IMG/VR virus record: IMGVR_UViG_3300033062_002687
Source: a virus
Lineage: Duplodnaviria; Heunggongvirae; Uroviricota; Caudoviricetes
Direction: 5' to 3' (one strand)
DNA length: 64,000 bases
Part shown: piece after piece, positions 43,289-53,692 of the stretch
How the letters are laid out: each line of letters begins with the position of its first letter
How positions within the stretch are numbered: position 1 is the stretch's first letter
Made by a program: the position numbers and the translations under genes
The notes under the pieces: generated by a model
What the model saw: only the letters and a program-made list of their open reading frames with translations
What the model was told of the DNA's origin: nothing
The model's database searches: none

Positions 43289-44404
43289 GATTTATCAGAT
43301 GAAGATATAAAGCCTTAGCTTCGTCTTCTTCCTTTTCAGTTAAGGTTGTTTTCAAAACCTTGACTTGTTTTTTTAACCAAAATATAATATCGAAGTCCAT
43401 GATTATTGGTCGCTGAATTGTCTTCACAAGATTTCTAATTCAATTTCACTAGATGCGATTGTCAATCCATCGAATGACTTAATTACTTCATCATTTAAAT
43501 CATTACAACCATGCCTATCACATTCTGAATTAGCAAGGTCACAAATAAATTCAAATGCAATCCTTTCCTGTTCTGATTCCAATATCATTTTCCTTCCTCG
43601 TAATCTTTTAGTTCACGCATATCATCGTCGGCATCTATCATTGCCTTTAGCTTTTGATTTCTCATTTTGTCTTTCCGCATGTCGCTTAATAAGAAGAGCA
43701 AGAGAGAATTACTTGAGCTCGTTGCTATCCTGTTATAACGAAAACCTCTACAATCATCAATTAACCCATTAACATAACCCATTATCTCGTAGTTGCTTGG
43801 CTTTGACTCCAGAAAATTCAGAAACTTTTCCCATCTTTCATACCAAACAGTTTTTTTAGGCATTGTCTTCCTCCTCGTAACAAAACTCACAGAGCATCTT
43901 GCTTCCTTTCCTGACTAAGCAATCACTTTCCTTTCCGCACTTATCACAAGCCCACATAATCTCACTTCAATTTAATTATGCCGAATATCCTAAGAAGAAA
44001 ATAAACGGAAGCAAGAATAACCACACCAATGGTCAGAATCTTGCCCCGTTTTCTTTTCCTCTGAATTTCTTCAGTTACTTTCGACATCAGCTCTCGCCTT
44101 GTCCTTCACTATTTTTCTTGGCAGGTCATCTACAAACTTACCCGCAAGCTTACTACCTGCATTAACAACCGATTCAACTGCGTTGTCAAACCTATCCTTC
44201 TTCTTTGGCTGTTCGTCCATCTTTATTCCTCTTCAAGTTCGCTTCCATCAAAGCCATATATAACTACTGTGTTTGGCTTATCTTCAAGTTCTACTATTTC
44301 TCCTTTGCTTCTCAAGCAATTAAATTCCTCGTCAGATGAAAAGATAAATTCCCAATCATCTGGAATTGCCTGAAGCATCTCTTTTATTTTTCCAACTTTC
44401 ATCT

Positions 44405-45205
44405 TCACACCGTTATTGTTGCCTGAAGCTGTGCAAGAAGGTCTTGGTTGTCCTTCTGCTTAACTGCATGCTCGATTACTATCTGCTCTCCATTCAGCTT
44501 CTTCTGGATAAGCTCTGAGAATCTTTGCTCCCTCTCGCTTACCAAGTCTTCGACCTTGAAATCTGCCAAGGACATCTTGTCGATTATCTGCTTGAACAAT
44601 CCAAGCTCATCTTTGGAAAGCTCTGCTGATTCAACAGGCACATTCTCAATATCCCGCATCTCATCAGCAAACCTGAGCTGATACATCAGAAGCCTGTTCT
44701 TATATGGCATGACTACCGCATACCTCTCGTTGCTCCTGATTGCTGACTTGCAAAGGAGAACCTTTCCGAACTTGCTTAATGACTCCACGAGCAAGTTGTA
44801 GTGCTTGAATACCGCCTTATTCTCGGGGCACAGGAAATACGGCTTGTGATACATCAGGCAATCAACATCTACACTATCTAAAAAGCCAACTCCCTTTATA
44901 CAATCAGGAGCTTCTCCCTGCATGTATTCCATGTCCTGCTCGGTAAAGGTAACGACTTGGTCTTTGGTCACCTTATATCCTTTCCTGCATTGTGTTATTG
45001 GAACTTCCCTTCCACAATCCGTGCATACTGACTTGTTGCCAACTGCTCCATTGCAATCAGGGCAGAATCTTGAAAACCCTGAACTCTCATTTTCACTTAT
45101 GGCAGCATATACCTTTGTCGGACAATTAAACAATCCGATTTGAATGCCTACTGTCTTTAGGCTTCTTGCTCCTGCCATGCTCACATCTAATTTTGGTTTT
45201 GCCAT
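44405..45205 (-). CDS. ku: Ku-like DNA end-binding protein
   Basis: GIQIGLFNCPTKVYAAI vs bacterial Ku SIAFGLVNVPVKVYSAT. FSRFCPDCNG...SVCTDCGREV vs Mtb Ku FHQVH...RVCEACGEVV. Length 266 aa. Confidence 0.6.
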   Translation of the reverse strand: MAKPKLDVSMAGARSLKTVGIQIGLFNCPTKVYAAISENESSGFSRFCPDCNGAVGNKSVCTDCGREVPITQCRKGYKVTKDQVVTFTEQDMEYMQGEAPDCIKGVGFLDSVDVDCLMYHKPYFLCPENKAVFKHYNLLVESLSKFGKVLLCKSAIRSNERYAVVMPYKNRLLMYQLRFADEMRDIENVPVESAELSKDELGLFKQIIDKMSLADFKVEDLVSEREQRFSELIQKKLNGEQIVIEHAVKQKDNQDLLAQLQATITV

Positions 45206-45580
45206 TTATTTTCCCTCAAATATCTTGTGCTCTATCTCTTCCGCTGTTATGATTCCTTTGTCAAGTAAAAGAGACAAGAGATTCATAAAAGTATTCTTCA
45301 AATTGTTTAATGTCATGTCCTGATAAAATTCCTTCTCATCCCGTCCTGCCTGTTCAGCTGCCTTACGAATCTCTTTATTAATTGTGTCAAATGGATTTTC
45401 ATACATATGATTCACCTTAATCAGTAGAAGTTGACCAAAGAGCATAGGCGGTACAATGAATAATTAACGCCATAATTACCAATGGTTGCAATTCCTTTGT
45501 AGCTTTACCAAGCAAAATACCAAGGAGAACTGCTCCAACTAAAGACAAAAATTTAGCCAATTCTTGTTTTACTTCTGTCA

Positions 45581-45949
45581 TTAATAATCACCTTTCTTTT
45601 CCCAGACAGTTAATCTGTCTTCGGGAATGCAGTAGATAAAATATGTCCTTCCGACAATCATGTTGTCCAAGTCCATTGAAGATGGATTATGAAGAGAGAC
45701 AGGATGTGTGTGCCAAAAGCCTATGAACTTAAGAGGAGCTCCTGTCACGAATAAGTCTGAATCTTCTGTTGTCTTTCCGAGCTCAACAGGATTCATCTTG
45801 TACCAAAGAGCACCACCCTGATTCTCAATCTGCCTGACAATGTACTTCTTTTTCTTAATCTTATCCTGAAGAACAACACCGCAAATCTCGTCGCTTGGAT
45901 ATCCACACTTGCTCACACAGTCCTTAATCTTGTTTTTGATTTCTTCCAT
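45581..45949 (-). CDS. JAMM/MPN+ metalloprotease (JAB)
   Basis: Start placed at MEEIK. E...FWHTHPVSLHNPSSMD = ExnHxHx7Sx2D JAMM motif. Confidence 0.6.
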   Translation of the reverse strand: MEEIKNKIKDCVSKCGYPSDEICGVVLQDKIKKKKYIVRQIENQGGALWYKMNPVELGKTTEDSDLFVTGAPLKFIGFWHTHPVSLHNPSSMDLDNMIVGRTYFIYCIPEDRLTVWEKKGDY

Positions 45950-46012
45950 TTTAGCACATGAGAAAGAATTTAAAATAAAAAAATAAAAAAAGATGGGGTT
46001 ATTCACCCCACC

Positions 46013-46255
46013 TTACTGCCCACCAACAAGCTGAGAGGCAAGAGTTACGTCTCTCGCATTGGTCAATGTCTCGTTAAGTGCAGCCTTATCGTCTGCACTA
46101 TCGCAAGATGTGTACTTGCCGTCGACATACAACCACTTACCGCTGGCAGTCTCCTGTTCTATCCTTCCTATTGCCTCACTCACAGGCATGGTGAGGGTTT
46201 CGTGTCCATGAATCCTGCTTTCTATCCGCAGGGTTATGGTTTTTACTTCTCCCAT
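46013..46255 (-). CDS. ubiquitin-like beta-grasp protein with C-terminal GG-Q
   Basis: 80 aa ending ...ASQLVGGQ: diglycine followed by one residue, as in ThiS/MoaD/CysO-type precursors trimmed by JAMM. Confidence 0.5.
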   Translation of the reverse strand: MGEVKTITLRIESRIHGHETLTMPVSEAIGRIEQETASGKWLYVDGKYTSCDSADDKAALNETLTNARDVTLASQLVGGQ

Positions 46256-46265
46256 TTTTCCACCT

Positions 46266-46856
46266 CTATATTCTTACGACGAGGCTCATTGGATTTTGAA
46301 TCCCTCGTGTCCAGTTCAATATCAACTGGCTTCCTATTGCTGCGATAATGACATTTCCATTCTGTATGATGCCTTGGTCAAGCTCATGCTTTAGCTGACA
46401 GCTATTGCCTTCCTCTGTTATCTCTCCCTTAAGAAATTTCTGCAACTCTGCCTGTGGCATCTCTTTAGTGAAGAAAGCGAATGACCTTCCTTCACTTCTT
46501 AAATCTATGAAGTATGTATCTGTAGAGAAACAGTAGTCATATATAAGTTTTCTGGTTGCTGAGTTATCAACTGCACTCACTATAAGGTCGTAATCCTTGA
46601 ACTGGTCTACGGACTTTATCTTATCCTTCTTGTAGTGAAAACAGTATCTGTCCCCTAATACCTCAGCCTTGTTCTTAAATATGTCTGTCTTTTCAAAGAG
46701 CTGATACTTGATGTTCTTAAGCTCAACTGAATCCATATCAGTTATTGTTATCGTAAAGTCATCAATATCTATCTGTCCATTCAACACAAGCCGGTTAAGC
46801 TCTCTTACAAGATATCCGCCAATCCCGCCTAGCCCAATTATTAAAATTCTCTTCAT
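46266..46856 (-). CDS. E1-like ThiF/MoeB-family adenylyltransferase (minimal, 196 aa)
   Basis: IIGLGGIGGYLV Rossmann P-loop; DMDSVELKNIKYQLF (D.D.ve.sNl.RQ); DLIVSAVDNSATRKLI. Confidence 0.6.
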   Translation of the reverse strand: MKRILIIGLGGIGGYLVRELNRLVLNGQIDIDDFTITITDMDSVELKNIKYQLFEKTDIFKNKAEVLGDRYCFHYKKDKIKSVDQFKDYDLIVSAVDNSATRKLIYDYCFSTDTYFIDLRSEGRSFAFFTKEMPQAELQKFLKGEITEEGNSCQLKHELDQGIIQNGNVIIAAIGSQLILNWTRGIQNPMSLVVRI

Positions 46857-47124
46857 AATTTTTTCCTCTTATTTCCATGCGTCAAAATTACTTTTTCCCT
46901 AAGCTCTGATAGTTTCATTCTGTCACCTCAATCTTGCCTGAATTATCTTGAGCTCTTCCTGAAGCTCGTTGATACAATCCTCTTCTTCCTTTTTGATTCT
47001 CTTTAGAATAGGAGTCAGCTCTATGAGAAAGTCCAATTCGAGCTGACGATTTTCGAGAAGATAGTTACAAGCAAGAACCCTGTTCTTCTTGTTCTGGATT
47101 GTCAGCTCTATCTGCTTAGATATA

Positions 47125-47781
47125 TCAGATGACATTCATAACCTCCTCCTTAATCTTCTGGACTCTTAATGATTCCTCGTGCTGTTTTTGAATAGCTTCT
47201 GCAACCATATTTTTTTCCTTTGCAAGTTTATCAAGTATTAGATTGGCAGTACCTAATGGAGCATTGAATCCCTCTGGCTTATAATGAAGAACTGCATTAA
47301 TCTTGTTAAGAGCCTGAGCAACATCAACAACATTCAAGTTTCCATTCATAATTGTGGTTTCGTATGCCATGTATTTCTTTGCTGTCTTAACCACCATGAT
47401 GCAATATGAATCCATAATCTTTGCATAAGCAACGACACATGGAGAATGCCAATAGCTACTCAATGTTCTTGATGTTCCATAAGAGAATCCCCTGCGACCT
47501 ATTAGCATAAATGGAGAAACTTTATGGTCCTTAAGAGTCTGCTGAATGTTCTGATAAAGTTCCCACATAGTAAACTGATTACCAGAATCGATGATTTTGC
47601 TTCCATTGAATACTTCATAATTAAAACCATCATTTCTATTTGTTGATTCCCTCTGCAAAGAATATCCTTTCTCTTCAAATAACACTTCCATTTTAGAAGG
47701 CTCTCCACCTTCCCAATAAGATTTCTGTTCGTATGTCCTGATTGGTTTCACTTTATCTAAATTTGGTTTTTTTGTTTCCAT
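47125..47781 (-). CDS. hypothetical protein (218 aa)
   Basis: ORF immediately upstream of the Ubl triad; no UBC HPN motif seen. Confidence 0.4.
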   Translation of the reverse strand: METKKPNLDKVKPIRTYEQKSYWEGGEPSKMEVLFEEKGYSLQRESTNRNDGFNYEVFNGSKIIDSGNQFTMWELYQNIQQTLKDHKVSPFMLIGRRGFSYGTSRTLSSYWHSPCVVAYAKIMDSYCIMVVKTAKKYMAYETTIMNGNLNVVDVAQALNKINAVLHYKPEGFNAPLGTANLILDKLAKEKNMVAEAIQKQHEESLRVQKIKEEVMNVI

Positions 47782-47878
47782 TTTTATTCACCGCCATTGT
47801 TAAATATAAGAGGGAAGCAGGAATATGAATCTGCGTGTGACATAATTCTGTCGTCCTGCTTCCCGAGGTATCAAATCA

Positions 47879-48547
47879 TCATTTGTTCTTAAAGTCAATG
47901 CCGAATTCTTTTAATACCTTGTTCTTGACAGCTTCAATCTTTATTTTCTTGTCCTTCTCCTCTTTAGTCAAGAGCCAATCAAGAGGAATAAATTCATAAG
48001 ACGAATCCTCTTTCAAATGATTGACATAACCTTCACAATCTTCATCAACAGGCTTCTTAACAGCATTGAACGACAATGATTTAAGCTTTCCATCCCTAAG
48101 TTTATAAGCAATAATAAATCTGTTGCTTGCACATAAACGCTTGATGCTTCTTGTATCATATGCCTCAACTGTTCCAAGATAATAATAATGATTTGTAGGC
48201 GTTCCATTCCATCCGCCTAAATATTTCTGTTCATGATAAAACACAGCATATCTGTTTTTCTTTAGCTCATTCTTATTGATAATAGCTCTTTCGGCATGAA
48301 GAACAGCATCGAGCCTTATGATTGCAAACTTCACTTTAAGACCTTTGTAATCCCGAATCTTTTCTTCTGCATGAGCTTTTGCCTGCTCAAGTGTATCGAA
48401 CATAGAATCGCTATCAGAAACATAAAGTGTTGGATACTGATTCGACATATATATTACGGCGTATTTTCCTGTGCCTATCACACCATCTGTATGTTGAGAA
48501 ACTTTAGTATCATACACATGAACAAATCCCCATTTTGCTATTACCAT
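47879..48547 (-). CDS. tandem paralogue 1 (222 aa)
   Basis: Shares GTG(K/Q)Y, AIIRLDAV, KKNRYAVFY, YLGTVEAYD and YE(F/L)IP.DWLL motifs with the next two genes. Confidence 0.5.
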   Translation of the reverse strand: MVIAKWGFVHVYDTKVSQHTDGVIGTGKYAVIYMSNQYPTLYVSDSDSMFDTLEQAKAHAEEKIRDYKGLKVKFAIIRLDAVLHAERAIINKNELKKNRYAVFYHEQKYLGGWNGTPTNHYYYLGTVEAYDTRSIKRLCASNRFIIAYKLRDGKLKSLSFNAVKKPVDEDCEGYVNHLKEDSSYEFIPLDWLLTKEEKDKKIKIEAVKNKVLKEFGIDFKNK

Positions 48548-48710
48548 TAGTCCACCTCATCTCCATACTTATGATTAATAGACATATTCCATCCATATAT
48601 TGATACGATTTCCTTCCAACCTTCTCGTTTCAATCCCTCACACACTTTCCGAGTATATGTATGTTTGGTTTTCTTTCCTTTTTGTAATATGTATACGTGC
48701 CCCATTTTAT

Positions 48711-49490
48711 TCAACCTCTACCAAGGATTTTTTCTTTGACTTCTTTTATTTTTTGTTCTTTTGCTTGTTTCTTTTTTTCATCCTGCTTATCAAGCAACCA
48801 TTCGAAAGGAATCAGCTCGTATGAACCACTTGTCTTTAAATTGTTTTGCCATCTGATGATACTGTCCTTATCATATTCCCAGTCAGCTCTTGATGTTCTG
48901 AATTCCTCGATACTAACTATAGGAGGAATTGTATGTTCCTTTGGAACAATTTTTCCTTTTCTCAAAGGATAAATATAGATGTGAGCATTATACTTGTCAA
49001 CATATTTTTCCACATCCTTTTTATCATATCCTTCAACAGTACCAAGATAAACTGTTCTCCAATCTTGATTTCTCTGCAGTAAATGTGATAGAGTTAAGTG
49101 ATTGACCATATGATGAGTAGTTCTTTTATCCCATGATTCACATATAAATTCATAGAGGACAGCATACCTTTTCTTTTTGCATTTGTCTTTATTGAGAACT
49201 TCATTTACTGCCTCAACATAAGCATCGACTCTTAAGATGACAAAATTATATCTTTGTCCTTTACTATATTGAATCATATTGTTGACAAATTCTTTTGCAT
49301 CATCCAACGAATCAAAAGTTGTTGATTCCTTTCCGAAATGCTTAGCTTCAATAGACAAATCATAAGCAAGATTAATAGAATGATAATTGTTTATGATACG
49401 AACAATGAATTGCCCTGTCCCTATCTTTAGATTGTCCCTGTATCTTTTTTTATAGGAAGCAATGTATCCTCGCTTAATTCCCATCAGCAA
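48711..49490 (-). CDS. tandem paralogue 2 (259 aa)
   Basis: Same motif set (GTGQFIV, FVILRVDAY, KKKRYAVLY, YLGTVEGYD, YELIPFEWLL). Confidence 0.5.
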   Translation of the reverse strand: MLMGIKRGYIASYKKRYRDNLKIGTGQFIVRIINNYHSINLAYDLSIEAKHFGKESTTFDSLDDAKEFVNNMIQYSKGQRYNFVILRVDAYVEAVNEVLNKDKCKKKRYAVLYEFICESWDKRTTHHMVNHLTLSHLLQRNQDWRTVYLGTVEGYDKKDVEKYVDKYNAHIYIYPLRKGKIVPKEHTIPPIVSIEEFRTSRADWEYDKDSIIRWQNNLKTSGSYELIPFEWLLDKQDEKKKQAKEQKIKEVKEKILGRG

Positions 49491-50157
49491 TCACCTGTTT
49501 CATCACTTCATCCTTGATTTTCTCAATCCTTTTTATTTTTTTCTTGTCAACAACCCAATCAACAGGAATATCGTCATATGATTTATTTTTTTTAAGTCTC
49601 GAAAGCAAATCATCAACATCCTGCTCATCCAATACATGATGATAAAGCTCTTTTATCTTTCCTAATGGATAATTAAAAGATTCGGTAATTTTTCCATCTT
49701 TTAGTTTATGAATCAGCAAATCAAAGCTATTAGTGCACCATCTTCTGACATCTATAATATCATAAGCTTCGATTGTCCCAACATAAAAAGCCTTTTCGAT
49801 TGTCGCTATTCCATATTTCCTGATATTGTATTTAACAAAAACAGCATATCTGCTTTTCTTACACTCTTTTTTATTAATTATGACTTGCTGAGGATATGAA
49901 ACAGCATCGAGACGAATTATAGCATACACTTCTCGCCTTCCTTTCTTTTCCTTTGTCAATTTCTCGACACAAGCTTTAGCATCTTCAAAAGTATCATAAA
50001 TAGTTTTGAGATGAGATGTATCAGCATAATAACCGACATCATATCCTATACGAAGAAGACTATCATTTAAACTACGAACAATATATTGCCCTGTTCCAAC
50101 AGGAAGACCATAACACTTATTCTTTGAAAATCTCGCTTTCCAAACCCGTTTAATCAT
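49474..50157 (-). CDS. tandem paralogue 3 (227 aa)
   Basis: Same motif set (GTGQYIV, YAIIRLDAV, KKSRYAVFV, YVGTIEAYD, YDDIPVDWVV). Confidence 0.5.
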   Translation of the reverse strand: MIKRVWKARFSKNKCYGLPVGTGQYIVRSLNDSLLRIGYDVGYYADTSHLKTIYDTFEDAKACVEKLTKEKKGRREVYAIIRLDAVSYPQQVIINKKECKKSRYAVFVKYNIRKYGIATIEKAFYVGTIEAYDIIDVRRWCTNSFDLLIHKLKDGKITESFNYPLGKIKELYHHVLDEQDVDDLLSRLKKNKSYDDIPVDWVVDKKKIKRIEKIKDEVMKQVIADGN

Positions 50158-50169
50158 TTAATCCACCAT

Positions 50170-52101
50170 TCATTGAGCTTTCAACCCTAAAGTATGTATG
50201 TTACGTGCAATTAAAGAATCGTTATATAGTGCATATAAGCGGGCAACGAGCTTATCGTTCTGGAAGCTTGAACTCACCGTCTTATCTACAATGCAGATGT
50301 AGCTCTTTGATGCAACATCATATACCTTTGCAGACTTTGCAAGGAAGTATTGTTTTCCGCTCAGACCTGTTACGAAATATCCCCTTTCATTCATCATCTC
50401 AGCTTCCTTGGCTTTAGTATTCTTGATTGCGTCTTTCAGGAATTCCTCACTTCTTTTTATTGCCAACAGATGTTCCTTGAATCCTTCCCGGATTAGAGAA
50501 GCAATCTCAGATGAATCAAGCTGAGGGTCAAATATATCTGAGGCAAAAAAAGCAATCGATTCCTCAAGACTCAAATATCGTTGCCGTCTTGCACGATTAA
50601 GTGTACTTCTTGCAATTATCTTGCTCGAATTCTTAATCCTGATATTCTTTTCACCAAGTTTCACATAATTATGATTCTTAATTCTTGTTACAGGAAGCTT
50701 CAATGTCTTTTCATTCTGGTCGTGGTCAAAACTGCTGTTTGCTGAGACAACAAAGTGAAGCCCTGCATTAAGCATGTCGTGGAAGAGCAGACTGCATTTT
50801 GAAACCTGCTTAAGAAGCTTATTATAATCCTCAACATTGTCAAAGCATATCGCCCTCTTGAGCATCTCAACAATTTCTTCCTTGTTGATTCGCACATCAT
50901 TTATTTTCCATTGGGAAGATATGGTGTCATCTGATTTTTTCTTGGTCTTTCTTTCAACCTTTACACGCAAGCTACCAAGTGTCCCGTCAAACTCCCTATC
51001 ATCGAGCCTCTCACAAAAGCGATTATATAAATCGTTAAAATCAATATCATCAATCCTATCAAGATTAACATTGTCCTTGATGAAGCTTAAGATTGTTATC
51101 TCTTTCTCGTTCCATCGTTCCCTTGTTCGCCTTTCTGAAACCTTACCAGAAATCATCTGGTCTCCAAGAGAGATTGCCTTGTTTGAAAAGGTAATGCCCT
51201 TGATTGTCAAAGGCTCAATGGATAACCTTTCAAATCTTTTCTCTGTCTCCTTCTTGACAAGAACCTGCATTTCCTGCTCTTCCCTTTGCCTCTGGATTTT
51301 CAGCTTATTTATCTTGACTACCTCGTTATATCTTGCCCTGTCCACGAGAGTAAATGTGTATTGGTTTGGTGCACATAATTTCAGGTAGTCGAATTCAATG
51401 TCAGCCAATGGCAAATCATCGAGAACAAATGTTGAATGAGTAAACTTTCTTCCGACATCAATGTAATTATACTTCTGGTCTTTATTATTGAACGCCATTA
51501 TCTTGAACTTATCACCAGAGCTTGTCGTTGCAAGACTGAACCTATGATTATCTAATTCCCAGACCTTGACAATCTGATGGATGTTTGGATGAACATCTTT
51601 TATCTCGAATTTCTCAGGCATCACATCATTAAAGAGCCAATACCAATGCTTAAGGTCAACATCCATTGAATTATACTTGATATCATTACCTCTTCTCTCG
51701 GCATTATTCTTCATAACAATCCTTATCCATGACTTAAATTCATCAACACTTCTGAATTCAATAATATTCTGCATTGGAAAGTTTTCACTTTTAGCCTTCA
51801 AGAAATAATGGATTGAATCACAATCTTCCTTCGAGACATTGAATAAGAATTCCTTTTCCCGAATTATCCTGCATGGATAAGTCAATTCTCTCTTCTTATT
51901 AACATCCCTTATGAAAATAGTGTTATCTATTCCCTTATAATTTTTATCATACTCGACACCATACTCCTTGTCACCCTTCCTGAATAAGATTAAAACACCT
52001 TCTGATTCTGGTATCAAAGATTCCTCAAGCTGTTTCAATTCTGCTTCTGTCAATCCTAAATTATACACTTCATTGCTTACCCTTAGAGTTTTTATATCCA
52101 T
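50170..52101 (-). CDS. large hypothetical protein (about 643 aa)
   Basis: Start placed at MDIK with GAGGT SD. No recognisable catalytic motif. Confidence 0.5.
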   Translation of the reverse strand: MDIKTLRVSNEVYNLGLTEAELKQLEESLIPESEGVLILFRKGDKEYGVEYDKNYKGIDNTIFIRDVNKKRELTYPCRIIREKEFLFNVSKEDCDSIHYFLKAKSENFPMQNIIEFRSVDEFKSWIRIVMKNNAERRGNDIKYNSMDVDLKHWYWLFNDVMPEKFEIKDVHPNIHQIVKVWELDNHRFSLATTSSGDKFKIMAFNNKDQKYNYIDVGRKFTHSTFVLDDLPLADIEFDYLKLCAPNQYTFTLVDRARYNEVVKINKLKIQRQREEQEMQVLVKKETEKRFERLSIEPLTIKGITFSNKAISLGDQMISGKVSERRTRERWNEKEITILSFIKDNVNLDRIDDIDFNDLYNRFCERLDDREFDGTLGSLRVKVERKTKKKSDDTISSQWKINDVRINKEEIVEMLKRAICFDNVEDYNKLLKQVSKCSLLFHDMLNAGLHFVVSANSSFDHDQNEKTLKLPVTRIKNHNYVKLGEKNIRIKNSSKIIARSTLNRARRQRYLSLEESIAFFASDIFDPQLDSSEIASLIREGFKEHLLAIKRSEEFLKDAIKNTKAKEAEMMNERGYFVTGLSGKQYFLAKSAKVYDVASKSYICIVDKTVSSSFQNDKLVARLYALYNDSLIARNIHTLGLKAQ

Positions 52102-52120
52102 TTTCATTACCTCGGTTATT

Positions 52121-52426
52121 TTATTGGTTTGTATAGCGAAAAGAGGAGACAGGTTTATCTTCCTTATCCTTGATAATAATTTTGCAAGTATCTCCATCAT
52201 CATTATCCTCGTATTCAGTCTCAAGACTATACCCTTCCTTTAAACATTTTTTGCAGATATAGAATTTCTTTTCATTGTGATCTTCCTCAGATTCACTATG
52301 CTCAGAACAAACATATCTTCCACAATGCTCACATTGATTTGCAGTTCCCATAAGCAATATCTTACAGCTATAACACTTGTGCTCTTCCATCTTCACCACC
52401 CAAAAACTATCCCTAATATTACACAA
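52121..52426 (-). CDS. zinc-ribbon protein
   Basis: CYSCK...CEHCGRYVC...CKKC. Confidence 0.45.
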   Translation of the reverse strand: MCNIRDSFWVVKMEEHKCYSCKILLMGTANQCEHCGRYVCSEHSESEEDHNEKKFYICKKCLKEGYSLETEYEDNDDGDTCKIIIKDKEDKPVSSFRYTNQ

Positions 52427-53056
52427 AGGTCAAATAACTCGCTTAATAAAGATTTCCAACCAACATATTTTATTGGTCGTTCCTGTCCCCATAATCTGAT
52501 ATGAAGAAGTATTTCTGTCAAAATCCATATCCCGAGAATTATTTTGCCTATCATTATTCATCCTCGAACATCTTTGGCTTACGAATCCTTATCTCACTTG
52601 GTATATCATTAAAATTAAAACTTCCTATGAGAAGACAATCCTTAGTCTGAGACTCCTTATTTCTATCTGGTTTTAGCTGAATCAGCTTAAATTCTTCAAT
52701 AAATTTAGTCGCAACATCATAGAGAGCTCTTCTTGGAGTTAGAGCTCTAATAAGAAATCTCTTAGTCTTTCGCATATTATTTAGAGGTATTAGCTCAACC
52801 TCATAAAGGTTTTCATCATGCCTCTTTATAAAATTCTGCTGTCCTTCCAGCTCATCTTCTTTTGACATTTCTTACACCTCACCTGCTTACATATCCCCTG
52901 TCGATTGTCTCATCAATGGCAATATTTATCTCTGCATAATTGATGTTCAGCTCGCAGTATCCATTCTTGTTGATACGCCTAATCATTTCCTTCTTGGTCT
53001 TTCCTTTCATCGGAACAGATATATTCCAGCCTTTCTTTGAAACATAGATTCTGCTC

Positions 53057-53100
53057 TTAAAGAGCCAAATGTTTTAGCTTCTTTCTTTATTTCTGACACT
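53057..53100. repeat. 44-nt exact repeat, copy 2
   Basis: Identical to 34907-34950. Confidence 0.8.
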
Positions 53101-53206
53101 TGGAAAGACAAGCTTAGAAATATTTCCGTATTCTGTTTTGGTATCTGCTCTTGTCACGTCGACCTTAATTGTCTTTTTCATGAATTCTTTTAATGAAGTT
53201 TTCATT

Positions 53207-53692
53207 TTACCATCTATCCAAATATTTAATAAAGTCCTGATGCTTCTTCCAATAATCAAGAAGCTGTAACCTTTTAAAAGATGTTTTCTTGCAACCAAAT
53301 GTATCTTTACATTCCTTAGGCTTGCTTGAATTAATCAGGCAATGATTGTTATTGCCAAGAAATATACACGCCCAACCAATCATTAGATTATGCCCCCATG
53401 TCGCAAGAACAAATCCCTTTCCATTCTCTTTTGATTCATCGTAAAGATGAATATCTCCTGTCTGATTCCTTGTAAAGTCCCTTCTTGGGGCAGGAATGAT
53501 TATATTTTCATCCTCACCTGCCCACCACTCCTTGATAAGGTATTCATTGGCAAAATCCTTTACACTCATGTTCATCAGCTTAGCCGCCCCGATTACTTCT
53601 TCAACTGAACCAAACCATCCGGGATTATGCCAACAGCAATCCTTACATTTTTTGCAATCGCATAATCCATCTTCCTGCCAAGCTGATTTCAT
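53207..53692 (-). CDS. Cys-rich hypothetical protein (161 aa)
   Basis: CDCKKCKDCCWHNPGW. Confidence 0.4.
   Translation of the reverse strand: MKSAWQEDGLCDCKKCKDCCWHNPGWFGSVEEVIGAAKLMNMSVKDFANEYLIKEWWAGEDENIIIPAPRRDFTRNQTGDIHLYDESKENGKGFVLATWGHNLMIGWACIFLGNNNHCLINSSKPKECKDTFGCKKTSFKRLQLLDYWKKHQDFIKYLDRW

Noticed and set aside
53074-53298. 74-aa ORF overlapping the 3' end of gene 53207-53692
   Set aside because: The N-terminal 30 codons overlap a better-supported gene in another frame. Only the C-terminal about 43 codons (MKTSLKEF..., start near 53202) look like a plausible small gene ending inside the 44-nt repeat; not listed separately for lack of support.
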